NCBI GenBank assembly: GCA_963801355.1
Contig: CAWDEM010000004.1
Span: 576,001-640,000 of the forward strand
Source of the DNA: Ignavibacteriota bacterium
GTDB lineage: Bacteria > Bacteroidota > Ignavibacteria > UBA10030 > UBA6906
Direction of reading: 5' to 3'
DNA length: 64,000 nucleotides
The notes under the pieces are model-generated. The model had not been told where the DNA came from and ran no database searches. It worked only from the letters and a program-made list of their open reading frames with translations. How positions within the stretch are numbered: the stretch's first letter is position 1; every line of letters starts with the position of its first letter. This document shows positions 19,901 to 28,846 of the stretch, one piece after another. The position numbers were made by a program, and so were the translations under genes.

Positions 19901-21187
19901 ATGGATGTACGACTGCCGCGACTCGGAGAGGGTGCTGATTCGGGCACCATCGCGAGTATTTTTGTGAAGGTAGGTGATGCAGTGAAGAAAGACCAGCCGG
20001 TACTGGAGCTGGAAAGCGAGAAGGCTGTTGCGTCGATTCCTGTACCCGTGGATGGCATTGTTGCCGCGCTGCATGTGAAGGAGGGGGATGTGATCAAAGT
20101 CGGCCAATTGATCATGACCGTGAATGAGGCCGCCGCCGGGGTACGTCCTTCCCGTGTCGTTGGAGCACCGGTGGGTGACGAAGAGCCCGAGCCGGTGCAG
20201 ACTCCCGCCCCCGTTCGTGCGGGTGCAGCCCTGTCGCCGGCGGCGGCGGTGGTTGTTCATGAGACGCTGGCAGGCCCCGAGCCGGCGGCGTCGCCGACCG
20301 TCCGTAAAATCGCCAGGGATCTCGGCATTGATCTCCGGCGTGTGAAAGGCAGCGAACGGGGCGGCCGGGTCGTCCTTGAGGATGTGCGCGGCTACGTTCA
20401 ATGGCTGCAGGACAAGGCCTTCGCAGCGCAGTCCGACGTTCCGTCTCCGCCTGCACCACCGGCCGGCGTGGATTTCGCAAAATGGGGACCGGTGGAGACA
20501 AAGAAAATGTCCACACTGCGCCGGACCATCAGTGCCAAGATGGTGGAATCATGGACGCATGTCCCGCATGTCACGCAGTTCGATGATGCTGATGTCACGC
20601 GGATCATGGAACTTCGCAAAGCCCACGCCGCCGCGTATGAGAAACAGGGCGCCCGTCTGACGGTGATGCCGTTCGCGATCCGGGCGGTGGCGGCCGTGCT
20701 CAAGCAACACCCTCTATTCAATGCGAGTATCAACGACATCACCGGTGAGATCGTGTTCAAGAAATACTATCACATCGGCATTGCCGTGGACACGGAGCAT
20801 GGATTGATGGTCCCCGTGATCCGTGATGCGGACAAGAAATCCATGCTGCAACTGTCACAGGAGATCCAGCAGCTGGCGGACAGGGCGAGGGAGCGGAAAC
20901 TGGTCCTTGAGGAGATGCAGGGCGGGACCTTCAGCATTTCCAATCAGGGCGGACTGGGTGGCGGTTACTTCACGCCCATCGTCAATGCTCCGGAAGTTGC
21001 GATCCTCGGTATGGGCAGGAGCAGTGTGCGTCCCGTGGTGCGGGACGGACGGATTGAGCAACGAACCATCCTTCCCCTGGGCCTGTCATACAATCACCGG
21101 ATCATTGACGGTGCCAACGCGGCCCGGTTCATCGTTGACCTGGTCCGGGCCTTCGAACAATTTTCCGAAGACGATGTAAAGATCTGA
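19901..21187 (+). CDS. aceF: Dihydrolipoamide acetyltransferase E2 with a single lipoyl domain
   Basis: ESEKA lipoyl-Lys, ASPTVRKIARDLGIDL E3-binding domain, catalytic HRIIDG. Confidence 0.9.
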   Translation: MDVRLPRLGEGADSGTIASIFVKVGDAVKKDQPVLELESEKAVASIPVPVDGIVAALHVKEGDVIKVGQLIMTVNEAAAGVRPSRVVGAPVGDEEPEPVQTPAPVRAGAALSPAAAVVVHETLAGPEPAASPTVRKIARDLGIDLRRVKGSERGGRVVLEDVRGYVQWLQDKAFAAQSDVPSPPAPPAGVDFAKWGPVETKKMSTLRRTISAKMVESWTHVPHVTQFDDADVTRIMELRKAHAAAYEKQGARLTVMPFAIRAVAAVLKQHPLFNASINDITGEIVFKKYYHIGIAVDTEHGLMVPVIRDADKKSMLQLSQEIQQLADRARERKLVLEEMQGGTFSISNQGGLGGGYFTPIVNAPEVAILGMGRSSVRPVVRDGRIEQRTILPLGLSYNHRIIDGANAARFIVDLVRAFEQFSEDDVKI

Positions 21188-21199
21188 CGAGGACTCCCC

Positions 21200-22609
21200 G
21201 TGAAAACAGAAACAACTGATATCGCTGTCATCGGTGCCGGACCCGGCGGTTATGCGGCTGCCTTCTATGCGGCGGACAAAGGGAAAAAGGTGACGCTGAT
21301 CGAACGAAGTCCGCGGCTCGGCGGCGTGTGCCTGAACGTGGGCTGTATACCATCGAAGGCCCTGTTGCATGCGGCAAAATTGATAACCGAGGCGAAGGAA
21401 TCCGGAATCCGCGGGATTCATTTTGGCGCCCCGACGATTGATCTGGATGCTATGCGGGCATGGAAGGAGTCCATCGTCGCAAAACTGGCAAAGGGTGTCG
21501 CCGACCTTGCCGCGCGTCGAAAAGTGAACGTCATCCATGGGAAGGCGTACTTTCAGGATGCTGTCACACTCCGGATCGAGACCGCGGAGGGGCAGAGGTA
21601 TCTGAGCTATGAAAAGGCGATCATCGCTGTGGGATCCAAACCGGCGATGCCCGCCGCGTTTGATCTGGGGAATCCCCGCATCATGACTTCGACCGAGGCT
21701 CTGGACATCCAGCAGATCCCTCCCACGCTGCTGATTGTGGGCGGCGGATATATCGGGATGGAGCTCGGCACGGTGTATGCGACCCTGGGCAGCGAGGTTG
21801 TCGTTGTGGAGGCGGTGAGTGAAGTTCTGGCGGGTGCGGATCAGGATCTTGTGCGCCCCGTCCTGCGCCGGGCGAAAGAATTATTCAAGGAGATTCGCAC
21901 GGGTGTCAAGGTATTGAAGATGGCGACGGTGGGGAAACAGATACGCGTGGATCTCGACATTGGCGGGGAGAAGCGTGAAGAGCTGTACGATGGAGTTCTC
22001 GTCTCCGTCGGCAGGGTTCCCCACTTCGGCGACCTGGGGCTGGAGAATACCGTGGTCAAGCGCAACGACCGGGGATTTATCTCCGTCAATCCGCAGCAGG
22101 AGACCGATGATCCGCACATCATGGCAATCGGCGATGCGGTGGGCGGCGCCATGCTTGCGCACAAAGCGACGAAGGAAGCGCGCATTGCCGTCGAGGTTCT
22201 CACCGGGGAGTCGAGTTCGTTTGAACATATTGTCATCCCCGCGGTGGTCTTCACCGATCCGGAAATTGCATGGTGCGGATTGACGGAAGATGATGCCCGC
22301 GGGGCGGGCCGCAAGGTCGATGTCGTCAAATTTCCGTGGAGTGCTTCGGGCAGGGCGTTAAGTTTCGACCGGACGGACGGCCTGACAAAACTCATCATTG
22401 ATCCCGAAACGGAGCGTATTCTCGGCGTCGGCATTGTCGGTGCGGGTGCGGGTGAGCTGATCGCGGAAGGGGTCGTCGCCATCGAGATGGGTGCCACGGC
22501 GCGCGATCTTGCAGAATCGGTGCATCCCCATCCGACGCTGTCGGAGACCCTGGCGGAATGTGCGGAAGCATTTTACGGATATGCCACGCATACGATGCGC
22601 CGCACGTAA
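21200..22609 (+). CDS. lpdA: Dihydrolipoamide dehydrogenase E3
   Basis: GAGPGGY, GGVCLNVGCIPSK and HPHPTLSE. Confidence 0.95.
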   Translation: MKTETTDIAVIGAGPGGYAAAFYAADKGKKVTLIERSPRLGGVCLNVGCIPSKALLHAAKLITEAKESGIRGIHFGAPTIDLDAMRAWKESIVAKLAKGVADLAARRKVNVIHGKAYFQDAVTLRIETAEGQRYLSYEKAIIAVGSKPAMPAAFDLGNPRIMTSTEALDIQQIPPTLLIVGGGYIGMELGTVYATLGSEVVVVEAVSEVLAGADQDLVRPVLRRAKELFKEIRTGVKVLKMATVGKQIRVDLDIGGEKREELYDGVLVSVGRVPHFGDLGLENTVVKRNDRGFISVNPQQETDDPHIMAIGDAVGGAMLAHKATKEARIAVEVLTGESSSFEHIVIPAVVFTDPEIAWCGLTEDDARGAGRKVDVVKFPWSASGRALSFDRTDGLTKLIIDPETERILGVGIVGAGAGELIAEGVVAIEMGATARDLAESVHPHPTLSETLAECAEAFYGYATHTMRRT

Positions 22610-22620
22610 ATCCGCCGCAA

Positions 22621-22652
22621 CACTCCCGCCGGAGTGTCTCGAGGCGGGAGTG
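22621..22652. terminator. GC-rich hairpin between convergent lpdA and glutathione peroxidase genes
   Basis: Perfect 10-bp stem, CACTCCCGCC-N12-GGCGGGAGTG; no clear U-tract. Confidence 0.55.
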
Positions 22653-22678
22653 CTACGGTAACGCAAAGCCGTTGTCAA

Positions 22679-23254
22679 CTAACGCAATGCCGCCTCAATT
22701 GCCTCCATCAGCTCCTCCGACATCGGCTTGACCGACGAGCCGAATTTCCCTACGATGTTGCCTGTGCGGTCGACGAGATATTTGGTGAAATTCCATTTCA
22801 CCTGCCCGGCGAAATTCGGGTTCGTCGCATCCGAGGTCAGGTATCGGTAGAGCGGGTGTTGGTCGGCGCCCTTCACGGAGATCTTGGAGAACATCGGAAA
22901 CGTGACGCCATAGGTTGTCGTGCAGAATGCCTTGATGTCCGCATCGGTCCCTGGTTCCTGTCCGAGGAAGTTGTTGGCGGGAAACCCGAGGATCACCAGA
23001 CCCTGGTCTTTGTACTTTCTGTAGAGTGCTTCAAGGTCCTTGTACTGGGGGGTGTACCCGCATTTGGAAGCCACGTTGACCAGCAGCAGGACCTTCCCTT
23101 CGTACGATGCAAGTGAGACCTCCTTGCCGTCAATGTCCCTCATGCTGAACGCAAAAATGCTCGTCTCTTCAGAAGTTCCGGTTTTTGCGAATGTACCGGT
23201 ATTTCCCCACATCATCATCAATGCCAAAAGGCTCATCGCGCTATTCCTTATCAT
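22679..23254 (-). CDS. Cys-type glutathione peroxidase, probably exported
   Basis: VNVASKCGYTPQY, GFPANNFLGQEPG and WNFTKYL motifs with a hydrophobic N-terminus. Start uncertain (23281, 23254 or 23236). Confidence 0.9.
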   Translation of the reverse strand: MIRNSAMSLLALMMMWGNTGTFAKTGTSEETSIFAFSMRDIDGKEVSLASYEGKVLLLVNVASKCGYTPQYKDLEALYRKYKDQGLVILGFPANNFLGQEPGTDADIKAFCTTTYGVTFPMFSKISVKGADQHPLYRYLTSDATNPNFAGQVKWNFTKYLVDRTGNIVGKFGSSVKPMSEELMEAIEAALR

Positions 23255-23369
23255 CGATCGATGTCCGATAAAATGTGACAAATGAGAACGTTATCCATCA
23301 CATAATAAACAAACGGATGACGGTGGGAGTTCCGGCCGGTTTTGCGGTCGTCGGAATTTGCGATTTGGC

Positions 23370-23397
23370 TTGACTTTTCCTCCTGTTTTCGTAAATT
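23370..23397 (+). promoter_or_regulatory. Putative sigma70 promoter for the DksA-like/transcarbamylase unit
   Basis: TTGACT-N16-TAAATT, followed by the palindrome ATGTGG-T-CCACAT at 23420-23432. Confidence 0.45.
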
Positions 23398-23534
23398 ACA
23401 GGCGTAGCCGCGGAAAAAAATGTGGTCCACATGCGTCACCTGGAATGGAGAGGATGCAGAACAGTGGGGAGTGAGTTCATGCACGGAAGCGCGGACAATC
23501 CCGTGCGCGATCGAAACGGCGGGAGGTGGCGGTG

Positions 23535-23888
23535 ATGAAAAGCAAAAGAGTTTTGCGCCGTGCCATCCTTGTCAGGCTCTATGATCACCTGCAGGATGCC
23601 TATGGAATCGAGTGGCCACGCGAATCATTTGTCAACGGCCAACTCGCACTCGGTGAAATCGATGCGCTCCTGTCGTTTAAGAGCGATCAGCGCATCGATG
23701 AGTTGCGCAGCGCGCTCGAGCGACTCGAAGAAGGATCGTTCGGCAGATGCATCGCCTGCAAAGGCGACATCGGTCAGGATCTTCTCGAGGCTGACCCGGC
23801 GATGCGGCTCTGCGAACGATGCGAACGGATGTACAGTCACATGCCGGCGCTGTCCCAGCACACCGCAAACCCCGGCCAGGGACTCTGA
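23535..23888 (+). CDS. Divergent TraR/DksA-family C4 zinc-finger protein
   Basis: ALERLEEGSFGRCIAC-x17-CERC; GGGAGG RBS 8 nt before ATG 23535. Confidence 0.8.
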   Translation: MKSKRVLRRAILVRLYDHLQDAYGIEWPRESFVNGQLALGEIDALLSFKSDQRIDELRSALERLEEGSFGRCIACKGDIGQDLLEADPAMRLCERCERMYSHMPALSQHTANPGQGL

Positions 23889-23984
23889 CGAAGCGAGGAC
23901 GGGGCGGGCGCTGTGGGCCGCCCCACCCCTCGGTTCCCCTGCCGGAGTCCATTCCAGTAATTCCAACCACAACGACGACTGTCA

Positions 23985-24896
23985 ATGACCATGAAACGCG
24001 ACCTCGTCTCCCTCGCGCAATGGAAGCGCGACGATCTCGAAGAAATATTCGCATTGACGAGGTCATTGCAGATCCCCGGCGAGAATTCTCTTCCCGCACT
24101 TCCGTGGTCGGCATCGCTTGTTTTTGAGCGTGAATCGCTTCGCACACGCGTGTCATTTGAAGTCGGCATAGCACAGCTGGGTGGTCATCCAATTTTCCTT
24201 CAGCAAGAAACCATCGGCATGGCGACCCGGGAGTCCGTGCATGACATCGGCGTGATTCTCTCCGAGTACTGTGAACTCATCATTGCACGAACCATCAGGC
24301 ATCAGACGTGCGTGCAGCTTGCGGAAAGCGCTACGGTTCCCGTGATCAATGCGCTGACGGATCTTGTCCACCCGTGCCAGATCCTTGCCGACGCGTACAC
24401 CCTGATGGAACATGGGTGTCTCAGCCCCTCCAGCCGGATTGTGTTTGTCGGGGATGGGAATACCATTGCAAACTCCTGGCTTGAACTGGCCACCAAGTTC
24501 CCACTGCATATCGTGTGCGCCTGCCCCGCGGGTCACGAACCACATCCGCGCATTCTGGATGAAGCGCAGACTGCAGGCTTGAGCACGATTGAAATCATCG
24601 AGGATCCCGTGCGGGCCGTTACGGGCGCGGATGTCGTGTATACCGATGTCTGGCCACACAGTGCGGGTGAAGCAAAGGGGAAAGTCGCCCGGGTGTTCAA
24701 GCCATACCAGGTGGACGCAAAGCTGTTGGGTCAGGCAAACCCAGGCTGCCTTGTCATGCACCGCCTTCCGGCAAACCGCGGAGAAGAAATCACCAGTGCA
24801 GTACTCGACGGGCCGCAGTCCGTTGCACTTCAACAGGCCCGTAACCGCCTTCATGTACAGAAAGGCGTCATGACGTTCCTCCGGCGTGGATCTTGA
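23985..24896 (+). CDS. Ornithine carbamoyltransferase-fold protein with an altered acceptor site
   Basis: SLRTRVSFE, HPCQILAD, YTDVW and NRLH are present, but the usual DGNN, SMG and HCLP motifs read DGNT, PHSAG and HRLP. Confidence 0.85.
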   Translation: MTMKRDLVSLAQWKRDDLEEIFALTRSLQIPGENSLPALPWSASLVFERESLRTRVSFEVGIAQLGGHPIFLQQETIGMATRESVHDIGVILSEYCELIIARTIRHQTCVQLAESATVPVINALTDLVHPCQILADAYTLMEHGCLSPSSRIVFVGDGNTIANSWLELATKFPLHIVCACPAGHEPHPRILDEAQTAGLSTIEIIEDPVRAVTGADVVYTDVWPHSAGEAKGKVARVFKPYQVDAKLLGQANPGCLVMHRLPANRGEEITSAVLDGPQSVALQQARNRLHVQKGVMTFLRRGS

Positions 24897-25025
24897 AGTG
24901 CGGGGATCTTTCCGCAGCATTCAGTGAGCCCTCCGGGTGTGCAGAATTCAGTGCACTGCCCCAAAATTTGGACGTTCCCGCCCGTCAGGACCCCAATATT
25001 TCGCGTGAATTCAGCCATTCCGAGA

Positions 25026-25041
25026 TGGCACGCAGGTTGGT
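25026..25041 (+). promoter_or_regulatory. Putative sigma54 (-24/-12) promoter
   Basis: TGGCAC-GCAGG-TTGGT has correct spacing and one mismatch to TGGCAC-N5-TTGC; it lies about 45 nt before ATG 25085. Confidence 0.45.
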
Positions 25042-25084
25042 GGTCCTGTTGCAGGAATTTGGTCCAATGAGCGACGAGGATCCA

Positions 25085-26302
25085 ATGAAAACGAGAAGTC
25101 TTGTGCTGATGGTCATCGCAATACTGGCCCTCACAGCCGGCACTACGCCGGCCGCAGCCGGAGTCGGGGTGTCTTTTGGGGTTTTCTACAACGGTCTTGC
25201 CGGGAGCGGTGAGTGGATCAGTGTAGAAGGGGGGACGTATGCCTGGCGGCCGATGCACACTGGTGGGGATTGGCGCCCTTACTTGGATGGACGCTGGATG
25301 TGGACCGATGATGGCTGGTACTGGGATTCGCCGGAGCCCTGGGCATGGGCGACCTACCATTATGGCCGCTGGTACTATGATGATTACTACGGCTGGATAT
25401 GGATCCCGGGCTACGACTGGGCGCCCGCATGGGTGGAGTGGCGTTACGGCGGGGATTATGTCGGCTGGGCACCTCTGGGTCCGTATGCTGTGTTCAACGC
25501 GCATTTTGGCGTGCACTACATGAGGCATTGGGTCACCCCGTATCACTACTGGTCGTTTGTCGATTGTCGCTACATCAACAGTCCGGGTGTGAACAAGTAC
25601 GTGTACCGAAGCGAGAACAATGCCCGGTTCATCGGTCGGACGAGAACCGCAGGGAGCGTCCGGTACGATAACGGAAGGATTGTGTCGCGCGGCCCGGACC
25701 TGGGTCACGTGGAGCGGCGGGGCAACATACGCCTGGAGCGTACACCGCTTGTCGATGTGAATGGAAGAGAAGAAGCGCGCGTGCGCCGCACGGGCGAGCG
25801 GGAACAGATCGGGGTCTACCGTCCACAGATCGAAGAGAGGGGCAGGGACTTTGATGCCGAGCGTCCGCCGGCAGTGAAGGAGCAGGAAAGGATGCCGTCA
25901 CTTGACGTGCGATCCATGGACATCCGTCAGCGGCAGAATGCACGTGAAGCAGGAAGGGACGTCGAGCGGATGAACTCCTACAGCGCGCAGCGCAGGGGTG
26001 AGCGTCTCGGTGATACGCAGAATCCGGAAATCAGGGACAGGCGTGTGGTTGAACAGCCTCGCAGAGAGTCGGTTGAACGGCAAGCGCCGGCGGAACGACC
26101 GCGGCGTTTTGATCGCCAGAGCGAGCGGCTGTCCGACGGCAATCGTGGACGCGATAGTGAACGGCGGTCGGCACCGCAAATTGACCGTCCCACAATGCGC
26201 AGCGCTCCCGAGGGGCGTTCCTCATCGCGCCCGGAGCGAAGCAGTCCGGGGCGCTCGGCACCGAGCCAGCGGGACGGTGGTGAACGACGGGGAAGACGGT
26301 AG
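25085..26302 (+). CDS. Exported DUF6600-like protein (Trp/Tyr-rich repeats) with a disordered Arg/Glu/Ser-rich tail
   Basis: GAGGA RBS and signal peptide; WRPYLDGRW, PWAWATYHYGRW, GWIWIPG, WAPAWVEWR and YVGWAPLGP motifs. Confidence 0.75.
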   Translation: MKTRSLVLMVIAILALTAGTTPAAAGVGVSFGVFYNGLAGSGEWISVEGGTYAWRPMHTGGDWRPYLDGRWMWTDDGWYWDSPEPWAWATYHYGRWYYDDYYGWIWIPGYDWAPAWVEWRYGGDYVGWAPLGPYAVFNAHFGVHYMRHWVTPYHYWSFVDCRYINSPGVNKYVYRSENNARFIGRTRTAGSVRYDNGRIVSRGPDLGHVERRGNIRLERTPLVDVNGREEARVRRTGEREQIGVYRPQIEERGRDFDAERPPAVKEQERMPSLDVRSMDIRQRQNAREAGRDVERMNSYSAQRRGERLGDTQNPEIRDRRVVEQPRRESVERQAPAERPRRFDRQSERLSDGNRGRDSERRSAPQIDRPTMRSAPEGRSSSRPERSSPGRSAPSQRDGGERRGRR

Positions 26303-26327
26303 TGGTGTCCTGAGGGCCTGAAGAGAA

Positions 26328-26364
26328 CACGCCCCCGCGGTCAGCCGCGGGGGCGTGGTCTTTT
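26328..26364. terminator. Intrinsic terminator, probably bidirectional
   Basis: 13-bp stem CACGCCCCCGCGG-TCAG-CCGCGGGGGCGTG followed by GTCTTTT, between convergent genes. Confidence 0.8.
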
Positions 26365-27256
26365 ATGACGGTGAGCCTGTCAGCTCTTTCTTCCGCTTGA
26401 GTACCTGGGCCGCATGCCAGCCCTGGACCTCATACAACTGGGGTCCCTGGGAAGTAATAACGAAGTAGGTGTCAGCCCGCGGGTTTCTGTGGAAGCGCAA
26501 TTGTACGCCTTCCACTTCAATCGTCGCTGTCAAAGGTGGGGGTACGGCGACGGCTGTGTCAATGAAGTCGTCGGTGCTGAACGTTGCGAGCGATCCGATA
26601 AGATTCCTGACGGCGTACTCCGACGCGGGGGCGCCGTCGACCAACCACACGCTGTCATTCAGCGCCAGCGCAAATGTGGTATCGCCATAGCTGTAGCGTA
26701 CGCTCTTGATGCTCTGCTGTGGCATGCGGAGAATTGCCTTGTCCCGCCAATCCCGCGGTTGCCTGACAAACACCTGGAGAAGCATGCCATCGGCGAGGTA
26801 GACGTCGTTTGAGCCCTCGCGCCGCACGTAGGTTTCCGTATAGGTGGGGCCGGCTTTGCCGATGCGGAAGGCCGCGCGTTCTTCTCCGCCTGTGGATATC
26901 CTAACGAGCGTACCGGTCGAGTCGACCTGAAACACACCCTGCTTTTGAGGATTGCCGGACACCAGTGCTTTCAGTGCGATTTTCCGCCCCTGGCTCAACA
27001 ACTGCTGGACACTGCTCTCATCCGCCTGTGCCCGTAGCGGCGCGGTGAGCATCCATCCCGAACCTTCCCGCTGCAGCATGGTGGTGCCGGAGGCGGACTT
27101 CACCTCGATTTTGTCCACCATCGCGGAATCGTAGGACACCAGCATCTCGCCATCATCGGACGTTTTGCTCCGTTCGCCGGGGCGTTGCAGCACGAGGAAT
27201 GTGGCGAGGGTCAAGAGGGCAAGTATGCCCACGAGGATCAGGGTAGAGCGCTTCAT
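26363..27256 (-). CDS. DUF4340-domain protein
   Basis: N-terminal membrane anchor, IGKAGPTYTETYVR and DWRDK motifs; 4-nt overlap with gldG, which is the typical context. Confidence 0.75.
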   Translation of the reverse strand: MKRSTLILVGILALLTLATFLVLQRPGERSKTSDDGEMLVSYDSAMVDKIEVKSASGTTMLQREGSGWMLTAPLRAQADESSVQQLLSQGRKIALKALVSGNPQKQGVFQVDSTGTLVRISTGGEERAAFRIGKAGPTYTETYVRREGSNDVYLADGMLLQVFVRQPRDWRDKAILRMPQQSIKSVRYSYGDTTFALALNDSVWLVDGAPASEYAVRNLIGSLATFSTDDFIDTAVAVPPPLTATIEVEGVQLRFHRNPRADTYFVITSQGPQLYEVQGWHAAQVLKRKKELTGSPS

Positions 27257-28839
27257 TGCATCTCCAGAGCTTTCTTCCGTGCCTTGCGCATCCGCCACCG
27301 CAGGATGCCGTACGCAAGAACGAGCAGAGGTGGAATGGCGAGGTTGGCATATTTCACTGCTTTCTTTGTTCCGTCGGAAACCTGTTCCAGCGGAGCAAAT
27401 GAAGCATCTTTTGTCCGAATCGTAATCAGTCCGGCGTCGTCCACGAGATAGTCAACCATATTTGCAAAGAATGCCAGGTTGTCTCTGCTTCCTCCCATGA
27501 ACTGATCCCGGGCAAAATCACCGTCGCCCACAACCACGATGCGTGTTTCCGGGCTGGAAGGGATGGGCGCGGATTGCGGGACGATTGACCCCGCGGAAGT
27601 ATCCACCGGTGCTGATTTGCCTGCATAGAGACTGGCAAACTTGCCCTCCACCGTGACAGCGAGGGGAACTTCCGTTTCCCGGAATTCTTCCCGTGTGTAC
27701 TGCTGGAGCGGGTCAAAAGCAAACATACCGGTCTGCCTGCCCGCTTCTTTTGACGATCTGGCAAGGACATCGGCGCGAACACCCCTTGCCGCGGATCCCG
27801 TGGTGTCAACGGAGCTGGTGAAGAACAGCACGAGATTCCGCAGGTCCTTCACCATCACGTTGTTTTTGCTGAAGTTGCTGACCAGCGGGAGATACGGGAA
27901 CGGTACCTGGGACTGCATGGAGAAGCCGAACTGCTGTTGGACAATTGTCACGTTCGCACACTGAAGGTCGCGCACAAGATCGGGATTGATGCGCACCCCG
28001 TAGGTCTGGAGCATGTCATCGATGTTGACATCGAGAGCGCGGCCATACCGGGTCTGCAGGCTGGCGTCCACACGGTTGATGAGGAATGCGGCGCGTCCGC
28101 CCCGCATGATATACTGGTCGATCTGATACTTGTCGGGTTCAGAAAGGGGGGACGTCGGTGCCATCACCACCAGCGCGGCGATGTCCGGTGGCACTGCCGT
28201 GCCTTTGCTGACATCGACCGGCGCCAGCTCATACTGGCGACGGAGCATTTCTTGCACGCGTCCAAGCTCCTGCATAGCCGGCTCGCCGTGCCCCGTCAGG
28301 AATCCGATTTTTTTCTGTGTGCGTGTCGTCACGCGCTTGATCGTGCTGCTGATTTCGTATTCGAGCGCAGAGGGATTCTGGACGACCGGGATGACCTCTT
28401 TTCGGTCTTCATACAGGAACACCAGCCCCATGAATGCCTGCTTCACCTCGAACTTGTCCTCCTTTACCACCTGCACCTGGACGGGGGCAATGCCCTGTTG
28501 CTGGGCTTCCTGTTTTCCCTTGTCGTCTGTGGGATCTATGAATTCGAATTGCAGGTTGCCCTTTGCGTATGCCCGATACTCGTTGAGCTCATCCAGCAGG
28601 AGTCGGCGGTGGTTGTTGTACGGTGAAGGGAGGTCCTCGGTGAAATAGGCCTTGATGGTCACTTTGTCGTCGAGGTTGCTCATCAGGTGTTTGCTGGCGT
28701 CGGCCAGGGTAAACAGGCCGGTGCGGGTCATGTCGACCCGGCCGAAGAACCGTACCGACACGAAGTTGAGCAGTACGAGGATTGCCAGGACGATGCCGAG
28801 GCGGAGCAGAGTCTGATTTCTGGTTGTATTCGTAGTCAT
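27253..28839 (-). CDS. gldG: GldG-family ABC transporter auxiliary component
   Basis: RVDMTRTGLFTL, LEYEISSTI, IGFLTGHGE, DQYIMRGG and VVGDGDF; transmembrane helices at both ends. Confidence 0.85.
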   Translation of the reverse strand: MTTNTTRNQTLLRLGIVLAILVLLNFVSVRFFGRVDMTRTGLFTLADASKHLMSNLDDKVTIKAYFTEDLPSPYNNHRRLLLDELNEYRAYAKGNLQFEFIDPTDDKGKQEAQQQGIAPVQVQVVKEDKFEVKQAFMGLVFLYEDRKEVIPVVQNPSALEYEISSTIKRVTTRTQKKIGFLTGHGEPAMQELGRVQEMLRRQYELAPVDVSKGTAVPPDIAALVVMAPTSPLSEPDKYQIDQYIMRGGRAAFLINRVDASLQTRYGRALDVNIDDMLQTYGVRINPDLVRDLQCANVTIVQQQFGFSMQSQVPFPYLPLVSNFSKNNVMVKDLRNLVLFFTSSVDTTGSAARGVRADVLARSSKEAGRQTGMFAFDPLQQYTREEFRETEVPLAVTVEGKFASLYAGKSAPVDTSAGSIVPQSAPIPSSPETRIVVVGDGDFARDQFMGGSRDNLAFFANMVDYLVDDAGLITIRTKDASFAPLEQVSDGTKKAVKYANLAIPPLLVLAYGILRWRMRKARKKALEMQ

Positions 28840-28846
28840 GGCGCGA

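Noticed and set aside
22679-23254. Possible selenocysteine glutathione peroxidase
   Set aside because: The active-site codon is TGC (Cys) and there is no in-frame TGA.
23901-23925. GGGGCGG/CCGCCCC hairpin after the DksA-like gene as a terminator
   Set aside because: Short stem with no U-tract; it may only be a stability element.
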